Below, one piece after another: positions 8,863 through 17,113 of a stretch of 60,041 bases of DNA. The position numbers were made by a program, and so were the translations under genes. This DNA is from a virus. Its lineage: Duplodnaviria; Caudoviricetes. The notes beneath the pieces were generated by a model, which did no database searches, was not told where the DNA came from, and saw only the letters and a list, made by a program, of their open reading frames with translations. The DNA is taken from positions 1 through 60,041 of IMG/VR virus record IMGVR_UViG_3300033155_000947; one strand, written 5' to 3'. Every line of letters starts with the position of its first letter. The first letter of the stretch is position 1.

Positions 8863-10350
8863 ATGCCCAAGAAGCACAAATACCAATACGAAGAGTACGT
8901 CACATTCCACCACCACCAGAAGGCCTATAACTACTACATAGGCGACTGGGGTCTTGTCGCGGCGAACCCCGAGGTTACAGACGCAACGCAAGAGCGGGAC
9001 ATATTCAAGGCGCTGGACATCGGAGACGTACGAGACTTCTGCATGACCGCCTACAGGTACACACCAGCACTCGCACAATCAGACGATATACCGCCGGCTA
9101 CCCGTGGCGACATCAAAGCCGTCCGCAGACTGATCAAGGCACTACACAAGAGGTGCAACCCGTTCGGAGCCGTAGACGCGCCTAACTTCTTCATAGGCGA
9201 CAGGATCCGATTCGAGCACGCAGGCTTTGTTCTGTTCTACGAAGCGCGCTCTTGCCATTTGGAGACAACCGGAGACCAGTTTAAGATACTGGAAATCCTA
9301 GGACTGTCATACGCAGAAGCGCGCGCGCTGTGCTCTGAAGCCTACGGATACCCTGCCTTAGAAGGGCGGTTCCCTGAGTACAAACCGTACGACGTGGGTG
9401 CTATGCGCAGGATGGTAACCGCGATAAGCGATCGCTGTGACCGGCAGGCGCGCCTAGCCGTTGTCGGAGAACAGGCTACTACAGAAGAACAAGCACCCGA
9501 GCAGGTACCTGTTGCACAAGACACCAGCGGTTGCGAGGGATCAGTAGACACTGCGCTCAAGAACGGGGCTAACTCTGTGTGCAACGTCTGTAACGGCTCC
9601 TCGGACACCGACGGTGAAGACACGGTCTACGTACCGACAACAGACGAAGAAGACGCGATCGCCTTTAAAACAATGTGGCCTAAGCACACGAGCGACGTAG
9701 AGACGCTACTGAGAGCTTCCGGCACCGATGACGATGAAGACACTGTCACCGTCGCATTCAAAGCGGCGTGGGAGAAGAAGAAGAAGAACACGATCGAAGC
9801 CGAGGCACTACGGGGCGCAACCGTGAACGGGGGACTAGCCAACGAAGCACTCATGGCACTGTTCGGCGTGGGCGTCACCGCCTACCATGCCCAACGCACC
9901 GAGCACGTGGCACCTGTACCCACAGACCAACTGGCGATACTGATTGCCACCGAGCTCAACTGGAAGACGCGGGTTATCACCGTGAACGACACGACGCTCG
10001 ACGCGTCCGCCCAACGACAGCACGCGGTTGAGCTGTACGATCCCGACAACGCACTAGGCGGTATCGTACTGCACCACCCTCAGTTTACGACGTTCGACCC
10101 TGCGCACTGTATGGAATCCGCGGATAGACTGGTCGCGGTCTGTGATCCACTACGTTACGTGACGGCATTGGCCGAACTCTTAGGCACCGGCTTCCCGCTG
10201 GACGATAAGAGCGTGTGTGCGGTAATAGAAGCACCCGCGCAACTGAAGACCCGAGCGTGCCTGCAGGTACTACAGACCCCAGCAGAGACCGAGGTGAACC
10301 ACGGATCAGTGGGTGAAGCCAGCCCGACACTGCATACAGATTTAACTTGA
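8863..10350 (+). CDS. multidomain hypothetical protein with an internally duplicated N-terminal domain
   Basis: AAGGA RBS before ATG 8863; two related segments (FCMTAYRY...AVRRLIKAL; LCSEAYGY...AMRRMVTAI). Confidence 0.75.
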   Translation: MPKKHKYQYEEYVTFHHHQKAYNYYIGDWGLVAANPEVTDATQERDIFKALDIGDVRDFCMTAYRYTPALAQSDDIPPATRGDIKAVRRLIKALHKRCNPFGAVDAPNFFIGDRIRFEHAGFVLFYEARSCHLETTGDQFKILEILGLSYAEARALCSEAYGYPALEGRFPEYKPYDVGAMRRMVTAISDRCDRQARLAVVGEQATTEEQAPEQVPVAQDTSGCEGSVDTALKNGANSVCNVCNGSSDTDGEDTVYVPTTDEEDAIAFKTMWPKHTSDVETLLRASGTDDDEDTVTVAFKAAWEKKKKNTIEAEALRGATVNGGLANEALMALFGVGVTAYHAQRTEHVAPVPTDQLAILIATELNWKTRVITVNDTTLDASAQRQHAVELYDPDNALGGIVLHHPQFTTFDPAHCMESADRLVAVCDPLRYVTALAELLGTGFPLDDKSVCAVIEAPAQLKTRACLQVLQTPAETEVNHGSVGEASPTLHTDLT

Positions 10351-10375
10351 CACACGTACACGAAGTGTGTACACT
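10347..10375 (+). promoter_or_regulatory. early sigma70-type promoter
   Basis: TTGACA-N17-TACACT with GAAGTGTG. Confidence 0.8.
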
Positions 10376-10429
10376 AAGACTCTCTTGACATCAGTTTAAC
10401 CGACCATTCCACGCACCCAAGGAGCATCC

Positions 10430-10945
10430 ATGTTTGGACGCAAAGACAAAGAACCGACCACCCCCGCAGATCAAGTACCGGACACACCTAAGGCTGTGAC
10501 ACCCGAGGTCACCGAAGCTACCGACACAGCAGAAGACGTCACGTCATCACCCGTAGGTGGCGAAACACCGATATTGCCCGACCCTGACACCGAAGCGTCC
10601 GCCCCTCCGCATGTGGCTGTGCCGGACGCCATGCCCATCTTCAAAGACGGGCAGGTCGAAATCTTCATCAGCAAGAGCACGTACGACCCTGCCAACAAAG
10701 GCAAAGAAATCTACCGCGCGTTCCGTGACGGACAGCCTGACGGCGGAGGTGACTACAGCGCGAAAGTCTGCTATGACGCACACTGCCAAGGATATGCCCG
10801 CTTCCACGACCACGACACCCCGCAAGCGCGGATCCAGCGGTACTCACATATCGCAGTCGCCAAGGCGTACGCACACCAGAACCAGCTCCCGTACTCTGAT
10901 CAACCCGATCAACACACGGCAGGCTTCCAGAAAAGCAAAGACTAA
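10430..10945 (+). CDS. hypothetical protein
   Basis: AAGGAG RBS; Pro/Thr-rich N-terminal half. Confidence 0.75.
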   Translation: MFGRKDKEPTTPADQVPDTPKAVTPEVTEATDTAEDVTSSPVGGETPILPDPDTEASAPPHVAVPDAMPIFKDGQVEIFISKSTYDPANKGKEIYRAFRDGQPDGGGDYSAKVCYDAHCQGYARFHDHDTPQARIQRYSHIAVAKAYAHQNQLPYSDQPDQHTAGFQKSKD

Positions 10946-11018
10946 ACACTAAACACGTTACAATAGAGACGACAGCAGGCACCCGCCTCTGCGACCATCC
11001 CTCACTACGGAGCCTCCC

Positions 11019-11465
11019 ATGAAACCGCTTACCCTCCTTTCCGCCATCCTCTTTGCGTTCGTGCTTACAGTACCGATCACGCTCGTGGGTTGCACAACAG
11101 CACAGCAGTCAGCAGACAGTGCGTCGGAAGCGGCGCGTGATGCGCAGGACTTCAATGTCACGATCTGCGGATTCGACAGCAGAGACGCCGCTGGCGTTGA
11201 ATCCGATGTGGCCGAGGACGTCAAACTCGACCAAGAAACCGGTGAACTATATACCATAGACAACGGTGTGCGCAGTAATATTGACGCACGTAACCTTCCT
11301 CGCCAAGTATTTATCAACTCACCGGTTACCATCCAGCAGGACATTTGGGTCAGTGGTGAAACAGCAGGTGGACAGACCGCGCAAGGCGGGCAGGGCACTA
11401 CCGGCAACCAAGACACGACAGGCGCCACAACCGACGCCGCTCTTGAGCTTGACATAGCACCCTGA
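11019..11465 (+). CDS. lipoprotein
   Basis: Signal peptide with lipobox LVGC; Gly/Thr-rich tail. Confidence 0.8.
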   Translation: MKPLTLLSAILFAFVLTVPITLVGCTTAQQSADSASEAARDAQDFNVTICGFDSRDAAGVESDVAEDVKLDQETGELYTIDNGVRSNIDARNLPRQVFINSPVTIQQDIWVSGETAGGQTAQGGQGTTGNQDTTGATTDAALELDIAP

Positions 11466-11529
11466 CATACTGCGCTAACCCGCACCGACCCCGTTTATCT
11501 ACTTCACTCCTCGTAATACGAGAACCCTT

Positions 11530-11796
11530 ATGTTCAAATTCGCTTCTACTTTCCTCTTCGCAACCCTCGCCCTAGCCGTCATCGGCTGTACCACATCAGA
11601 GCAGACGGCTGACAGTGACACCGCCACTACCGGCGATAGCCAGACGGTTAACATCGACAGCGCAGGCGGTACCATTTCCGCAGACGTAACCACCGGTGGT
11701 AACCAAGACACCACGGGAGGCACCGGCACAACCGGTGACCAAGACACCGCAGGTGCGGGCACAGAGGTCGACGCAGATCTCGCAGTCCCTGAGTAA
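11530..11796 (+). CDS. lipoprotein, paralog of the upstream gene
   Basis: Lipobox VIGC; shares CTT.xQ.ADS and GNQDTTG segments. Confidence 0.8.
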   Translation: MFKFASTFLFATLALAVIGCTTSEQTADSDTATTGDSQTVNIDSAGGTISADVTTGGNQDTTGGTGTTGDQDTAGAGTEVDADLAVPE

Positions 11797-11834
11797 CACC
11801 CGCGTTCCCAACGCATCCCAGTGAGAACTGGTTT

Positions 11835-11860
11835 AGGTGGCTGACACAAGCCACCTTTTT
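11835..11860 (+). terminator. intrinsic terminator
   Basis: AGGTGGCT-gacaca-AGCCACCT followed by a T run. Confidence 0.8.
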
Positions 11861-11875
11861 AATACACGTAACCCC

Positions 11876-12370
11876 ATGGCGATCATCCACCCCACCACTA
11901 TGACCGAACACCAGATACAAAAACGGCTTTACTGGGCACACCGCAAGGACGTGCTGGCTCCGAACATCCACCTGCACAACTGGTGGGAATGTGACCTACT
12001 ACGTCTCACACCCGCGGGTTACCTGTATGAGTACGAGATCAAGCTGACGGTACAGGACTTTCATGCCGACCAGAAGAAGTGCCGGTACCTGAAAGGGGGC
12101 GGGGGCAAGACCCGCAAGCACGACGCCCTGATCAACGGCCTCACCTGCGCTCCGAATTACTATCACTACGTACTCCCGCACACACTGTACCTGCAGGTAC
12201 AGCAGGCCATCCCCCGGCAGTACGGGGTGGTTACCCTGCGTGACGCACGAAGCCGACCGCAGTACGTAAGGCGCGGTACCCGCCTGCACCTGCACAAGAA
12301 TGAGAACGCCCGTAACCAGATCCTCACCAGCACCTACCACAGGTACTGGAAGTACAAAGAATCCTCCTAA
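11876..12370 (+). CDS. MmcB-like PD-(D/E)xK nuclease
   Basis: WECDLL...YEYEIKLTVQDFHAD.KK...PNYYHYVLP...YGV. Confidence 0.75.
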   Translation: MAIIHPTTMTEHQIQKRLYWAHRKDVLAPNIHLHNWWECDLLRLTPAGYLYEYEIKLTVQDFHADQKKCRYLKGGGGKTRKHDALINGLTCAPNYYHYVLPHTLYLQVQQAIPRQYGVVTLRDARSRPQYVRRGTRLHLHKNENARNQILTSTYHRYWKYKESS

Positions 12371-12384
12371 CCTGAAAGAAGACC

Positions 12385-12783
12385 ATGACCGACAACGCAC
12401 CTATCAACGAAGCCGAGAGCCTTATCGCACAATACAAAGACCTGCTGACGTCTGCGCACGCTATTGCCGAACGGAAGGGCGAGCACACCGCGTGGGATGT
12501 ATTCACTGCCCGACTACGCAAAGCCGGAATAGGGTCGGTGACGCCTCGCGTGTTCAAGCTACCGCACGAACCGGAGGACACCCGCCCACCGCATGTCATT
12601 CGAATGGAACAAGAACTGAAGGAGCTAAACGGTAGGCTCAATAAGCTGACCGCCTACCTACAGGCGCACACCGCAGAAGATCCGGCTGACCCGCTCATGT
12701 ACATCCAACGGGACTGTATGCAGGCGTACGCCCACACACTACGTCTGCGCCTTCGTAACAGTGTCGGCTCGGAGACCTCGTGA
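12385..12783 (+). CDS. hypothetical protein with crAss001_48-like coiled-coil C-terminus
   Basis: RMEQELKELNGRLNKL...Q..CMQAY...L..RL. Confidence 0.6.
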   Translation: MTDNAPINEAESLIAQYKDLLTSAHAIAERKGEHTAWDVFTARLRKAGIGSVTPRVFKLPHEPEDTRPPHVIRMEQELKELNGRLNKLTAYLQAHTAEDPADPLMYIQRDCMQAYAHTLRLRLRNSVGSETS

Positions 12784-12820
12784 CCACCCGCGCACACCTT
12801 TAACACGAAAGGCTGACCAC

Positions 12821-12943
12821 GTGACAAACTGTCACCCGAACTTACGGCTTACAGAAAAATAGACGAAAAAGTCCACAAGGCGGTTGACAACTGTTATCGA
12901 AGTGTGTAGAATACAGGCTCACCCTCACACCGAGAACACCATG
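12821..12943 (+). promoter_or_regulatory. composite promoter cassette copy 3
   Basis: GTGACAAACTGTCAC 12821-12835; GACGAAAAAGTC; TTGACA 12884-N17-TAGAAT; GAGAACACCATG. Confidence 0.85.
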
Positions 12944-13168
12944 ACCGTTGATTATTGTGCCTACGACCCCGACCGTGACCTCCCACCGCACGACTGCGAA
13001 TCCTTCGAACACCTGCAGGCTTTCCTCACCAAGGTTATCAACTTCGCAGGCACCGCCAGTCACCTGCAGTGTGTACGTACCGTCACTGACGGCGACACTC
13101 AGGACTCAGACACCTGCAACGGAGCCGAGGCTATGCGCGTCGGTGAACCCGCCTTTGACCGCCACTAA
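12941..13168 (+). CDS. hypothetical protein (tandem paralog A)
   Basis: ATG after the cassette RBS; HLQCVRTVTDGD...DTCNG. Confidence 0.7.
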   Translation: MTVDYCAYDPDRDLPPHDCESFEHLQAFLTKVINFAGTASHLQCVRTVTDGDTQDSDTCNGAEAMRVGEPAFDRH

Positions 13169-13179
13169 CTGATCGCACC

Positions 13180-13413
13180 ATGACCACAACCTACAGCATC
13201 TACAACCACAATCACAATCACGACCGCCCCTCGCACACCTGCACTACGTTCGAACGCTTGCGGGCATACCTCACAGGTGCCAAGGCCGTCGCAGGGGATG
13301 CGGGGCACCTGCACTGCGTACGTACCGTCACTGACGGTGACGACAGTTACATTGACACCTGCAACGGTGAAGAGATACTGCACACCGGCGAAAGCGCGTT
13401 CGACCCTGCCTAA
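13180..13413 (+). CDS. hypothetical protein (tandem paralog B)
   Basis: HLHCVRTVTDGD...DTCNG, clearly similar to the upstream gene. Confidence 0.7.
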   Translation: MTTTYSIYNHNHNHDRPSHTCTTFERLRAYLTGAKAVAGDAGHLHCVRTVTDGDDSYIDTCNGEEILHTGESAFDPA

Positions 13414-13445
13414 GCCCCTGCCTAAGCCCTTGTACCGAGAACACC

Positions 13446-13661
13446 ATGATAGACACACAAACCCACGAAACCCACTGCGCGGTCTGCGACTCCCTGCTTG
13501 AGGATGAGGAAATACGATCCTGCTCATTCTGCGGAGCGCGAGGCTGTTCGGCCTGCGTACTCGAAGTCCTGCAGGATGTCACGAACAGCTCCCGCACCTG
13601 CTGTCACGGTAACGCAGAGTGCGACCAACAGGCGGTAGATTGGATGAGTAACGACGTATGA
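13446..13661 (+). CDS. small Cys-rich (Zn-finger-like) protein
   Basis: CAVC, CSFC, CSAC; GAGAACACCATG start context. Confidence 0.65.
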   Translation: MIDTQTHETHCAVCDSLLEDEEIRSCSFCGARGCSACVLEVLQDVTNSSRTCCHGNAECDQQAVDWMSNDV

Positions 13662-13723
13662 GCTACTACATAGCCAATCACGTTCCCTTCGTTCAACGAC
13701 AAACCTCTTAAACAGGATTAACT

Positions 13724-13987
13724 ATGCACATCTGGTCGATATATAAATACACATTAACAATTACGGATGAGCAGGTCATTCGCTTGCCGTTACGTCACCG
13801 AATCCTAAGCGTACAGGCACAGAACGAAGAGCTGTGTATGTGGGTAAGGGTGGCCACGGACGATCCTTGTATCGATAAGAAGGTTTATGTCCTAGGGACT
13901 GGTCACAAGTCCAACCTTATTAAAAACAAGACCTACGCAGGCACGGTGCCGATCGGCAGTCTTGTCTGGCACATTTTCACGGACTAG
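13724..13987 (+). CDS. conserved small phage protein
   Basis: IYKY.L...ILSVQ.Q...MW...GTGH...Y.GTV...LVWHIF pattern. Confidence 0.75.
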   Translation: MHIWSIYKYTLTITDEQVIRLPLRHRILSVQAQNEELCMWVRVATDDPCIDKKVYVLGTGHKSNLIKNKTYAGTVPIGSLVWHIFTD

Positions 13988-14028
13988 CCCCGCCCACAGC
14001 ACTACAAAGAAGAAGAAGAAGAAATAGC

Positions 14029-14424
14029 ATGAGAACAAAGACCACCTATATCGCACACGACAAAAAGACGTTCAACGACCGCGCCTCCTGCTTGGAGTAC
14101 GAAGCATACCTAGACGAACTGAGTCGGCTAGGGGAAGCGCAGAAGCTCCGTCAGCTCGTGGCCGAACGTCTGGAAAGGGTTGCGCAGTCCCTGCGGGCAA
14201 AGGATAACGGTAAGGTTCATCACACGTGCGCGGAGATCGAAACAGACTGCTTGTGCGGGCACAGTGCCGACGGTTTTATGTACATCGACTTCCACGACAT
14301 CGTAGGAGGTGACAAACCTTGCGGAATCACAGAAGCGGTTGTACGTATAGAACGGCTGTCCCTACAGGAGCAAGACTCTGCGCGGTTGCGCGCAACACAC
14401 GCTAAAACAAGGAAGAAGAAATAG
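14029..14424 (+). CDS. hypothetical protein
   Basis: YIAHDKKTF.D...CLEYE N-terminal motif, similar to gene 1715. Confidence 0.7.
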   Translation: MRTKTTYIAHDKKTFNDRASCLEYEAYLDELSRLGEAQKLRQLVAERLERVAQSLRAKDNGKVHHTCAEIETDCLCGHSADGFMYIDFHDIVGGDKPCGITEAVVRIERLSLQEQDSARLRATHAKTRKKK

Positions 14425-14425
14425 C

Positions 14426-14662
14426 ATGGCAATGCCCCGCCCTTACGGCTGGCTGGTGGTTCAACACCAAACAGGCGATACGTTAGAACTATCCGAGGAC
14501 GGTACGTACCTGCAGTCGGTCAACGCCGTCACTGTCCACACGTGGCGCGATGCGTTACGACTTTACAGGCAGGACGTACGTAACTTCATCTGGAACAATC
14601 ACGGAGAATGTAACATGCACGCGGTCGCAAAGAACGCAGAGCACGACGCAACCACTACATGA
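14426..14662 (+). CDS. hypothetical protein
   Basis: Coupled ORF. Confidence 0.55.
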   Translation: MAMPRPYGWLVVQHQTGDTLELSEDGTYLQSVNAVTVHTWRDALRLYRQDVRNFIWNNHGECNMHAVAKNAEHDATTT

Positions 14663-14853
14663 ACAGGCACAAACACTTCGTACGCCTCCCGACAGGCGAG
14701 TGGATTCACCGCCCGCCGTTGAAACGAATACTGAACCCGCTACTACGTAAGGTTCAATGGTGGACGGACTGCCCGTACGTCCTCGCCACCGCCTGCGAAG
14801 GCGACCCTCCGGTATTCCGCAAGTACGTGTTCATGCGCGTACGCCAACTGTAA
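14659..14853 (+). CDS. hypothetical protein
   Basis: ATGA overlap. Confidence 0.55.
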   Translation: MNRHKHFVRLPTGEWIHRPPLKRILNPLLRKVQWWTDCPYVLATACEGDPPVFRKYVFMRVRQL

Positions 14854-14875
14854 ACCCCACGACAAAGAGAACCCT

Positions 14876-15328
14876 ATGCTTATTACCCCGATCCCACATA
14901 TGAAGAGCGAACGCTTCGCAGAGCTAGTACGTCGCGTCTTAACCGGAAAGCAGACGCAACTCAGAATGCCCGAAGCGTGCACCGCCATCAGCAATCCGTT
15001 TGGCAAGGCAGGAGACTGTATAAAGTTTCATACAACCGAAGGCGAAGCCTATGCGTATTTAAGAGTCGTACGCTCGTGGCGCCAGAAGCTGAACGCTATC
15101 GACAGAGAAGACGTCCGCGCCCACGGCTTCGGCCTACCGGTTAGCCCCGGCGACACACAGTTTAGAGACGGATACAGTGAACTACATAGCATATTCGCGA
15201 ATGAGTGGGATGCGCAATTCACCGACGCTGGTCTAGGCTGGGACAACAACCCTATGGTATGTTGCTGTGAGTTTGAGCTCACGTCCGTATTCACACCCGA
15301 AGGAGTCGCAGATGCAACCACTACATGA
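14876..15328 (+). CDS. ASCH/PUA-like domain protein
   Basis: VLTGKQTQLR, QKLNAIDREDVRAHG, F...WD...WDNNPMV...EF. Confidence 0.7.
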   Translation: MLITPIPHMKSERFAELVRRVLTGKQTQLRMPEACTAISNPFGKAGDCIKFHTTEGEAYAYLRVVRSWRQKLNAIDREDVRAHGFGLPVSPGDTQFRDGYSELHSIFANEWDAQFTDAGLGWDNNPMVCCCEFELTSVFTPEGVADATTT

Positions 15329-15776
15329 ATCAAAACTCAGCGTAATCCTAGAATTCTTGCACAAATACCGGCCTGACCTCGTACCCACGAGACCGTGCGA
15401 TGATAGCGACACAGGAGCGACGAAACCGTATGTCTTAGTCACTACGATGGGGTTTGGCTGGCATAAGACGCACGAGGACAGCAGTTGTCCCGCAGGCTTA
15501 TGCTTCTGCCCCGAACACGAGGCACGCGCCCACATACAGGCTGTGCTTGCCGAGGAAGTGAGCAGACGTAACCTTGTTGTCGTGCTCCTCAAAGACGAAG
15601 GCGCGGGAGAGGCGTGGACATACGAACGTGGCAAGCACCCTGACGGGTACGTCCTACACGGGACAGCACCCACCTACCTCGAAGCCTTATACCGCGTACT
15701 ATGGGCGGTCGCAAAGAACGCAGAGCACGACCTCCGCACTACAGACACCACCGTCACAAGAACCCCCGATGAGTGA
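15312..15776 (+). CDS. hypothetical protein
   Basis: ORF 15267..15776; AGGAG upstream of ATG 15312. Confidence 0.6.
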   Translation: MQPLHESKLSVILEFLHKYRPDLVPTRPCDDSDTGATKPYVLVTTMGFGWHKTHEDSSCPAGLCFCPEHEARAHIQAVLAEEVSRRNLVVVLLKDEGAGEAWTYERGKHPDGYVLHGTAPTYLEALYRVLWAVAKNAEHDLRTTDTTVTRTPDE

Positions 15777-16038
15777 TCACCGATTCTGCCGAGACTTCTT
15801 AACCACCGTAATGATCGACGTGCGCAAGCACACTACATTCGAGCAACGCGGTAACTCGTGGGTAGACGGAAACTCGACCAACGATTACGCGTTTATCTGC
15901 TTTGACGGAAAAACGTACGGTAACGGTGGTTGCTGTAAGTGGGACACCTTAGCTCTTGGCTGGCTTAACTGGCTCAAGCAAAACACACCCGAACCCGAAC
16001 CCGACCAAAAGGATCAGCAGTGCCCGACCACACCCTAA
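15769..16038 (+). CDS. hypothetical protein
   Basis: Internal Met (MSDHRFC) coupled to the previous stop. Confidence 0.55.
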   Translation: MSDHRFCRDFLTTVMIDVRKHTTFEQRGNSWVDGNSTNDYAFICFDGKTYGNGGCCKWDTLALGWLNWLKQNTPEPEPDQKDQQCPTTP

Positions 16039-16217
16039 GCATCACCGACATCGTAGGCCTCACCTGCCGTGTCTGCAGTACCGACATTACCGACTTCCTA
16101 CACGCGCTCACGCTCGAAGAGCGGGCAGTGGTCAGCCGGTGCCCCGCCTGCCAAGCCGAATATATCCTAGCAGGTGTTGTATCACACACCACCGCCCGAC
16201 GCCCGTCCACTACGTAA
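16020..16217 (+). CDS. small Zn-ribbon protein
   Basis: CRVC...CPAC. Confidence 0.55.
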   Translation: MPDHTLSITDIVGLTCRVCSTDITDFLHALTLEERAVVSRCPACQAEYILAGVVSHTTARRPSTT

Positions 16218-16226
16218 GGAACGACC

Positions 16227-16397
16227 ATGTGCAGTAAATGCGTAACAGCTCTAACAACCTACTTCCCCAACGCCACACCCGAGGAGCGCGACCGCATCCT
16301 ATGGGAGGAGACCCCGTGGCCGGCGGGCAGTGCCGAAGACATAGAAAAAGCGATCAAGAACCATTACCTATCCACCAGCCCAAAGGCGACCCCATGA
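16227..16397 (+). CDS. 56-aa hypothetical protein
   Basis: Hand translation MCSKCVTALTTYFP...ILWEETPWPAG...; AAGGA RBS. Confidence 0.55.
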   Translation: MCSKCVTALTTYFPNATPEERDRILWEETPWPAGSAEDIEKAIKNHYLSTSPKATP

Positions 16398-16678
16398 CTG
16401 AGTTTGCAAAACTATTCAAGAGCGAGCAATACGGACAGATCTGCGTCCTCCAACTGCAGAATGAAAAGTACTGCCCCGAGGTACGATTCTTCGTATGCCT
16501 ACAAGGGGTGTGCGGTATCTCAATGGCAATCTCGTACGACGACAGCCCTAAAGGTTGGCAAGCGCGCGACGACTTCTTTACCCGTGTCGACCTACAACAG
16601 GCCGAAATCTATGTGGCGAAGGCCGTAGGACATTGCGAAGCGGAGCTGGGTGTAACCACTACGCAACCGCCAATGTGA
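16394..16678 (+). CDS. hypothetical phage protein
   Basis: MTEFAKLFKSEQYGQI; ATGA overlap; stop lies at the edge of palindrome copy 4. Confidence 0.65.
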   Translation: MTEFAKLFKSEQYGQICVLQLQNEKYCPEVRFFVCLQGVCGISMAISYDDSPKGWQARDDFFTRVDLQQAEIYVAKAVGHCEAELGVTTTQPPM

Positions 16679-16804
16679 CAAACTGTCACCCGAACTTACG
16701 GCTTACAGAAAAATATACGAAAAAGTATATACAGCGGTTGACAGCAGTTACCGAAGTGTGTAAAATGCAGGGGTAAGCTATCCCCTCCAACGGAGAACAC
16801 CATG
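16675..16804 (+). promoter_or_regulatory. composite promoter cassette copy 4
   Basis: GTGACAAACTGTCAC 16675-16689; TATACGAAAAAGTATA; TTGACA 16738-N17-TAAAAT; GGAGAACACCATG. Confidence 0.85.
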
Positions 16805-17113
16805 CCCATGTCCGTCACCGTCTATTTCGTTCGCCTCATCCTAGCCGACAGCACCATCCTTATCGGATACAGCAAGGACGGGTACCGCTTCGACAGCAAG
16901 GGGCACGCGTACGCCCCGCACCACGCAGAGTATGCCAAGACGCTGTACAACCGCACCAAGCGCCTTATCCCAGCAGGCGCGCGTATCGAATTGATCAGGC
17001 GTACATACGACCCGCAGTACGGTCTCGACCTACTTGTACCGTTACCTAACGACCGCTCTGTCACATCGCACAACCAATCTGATAACCCGTTTTCAAGCAC
17101 AGATACAGCATGA
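16802..17113 (+). CDS. hypothetical protein
   Basis: First ORF after the cassette. Confidence 0.7.
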   Translation: MPMSVTVYFVRLILADSTILIGYSKDGYRFDSKGHAYAPHHAEYAKTLYNRTKRLIPAGARIELIRRTYDPQYGLDLLVPLPNDRSVTSHNQSDNPFSSTDTA

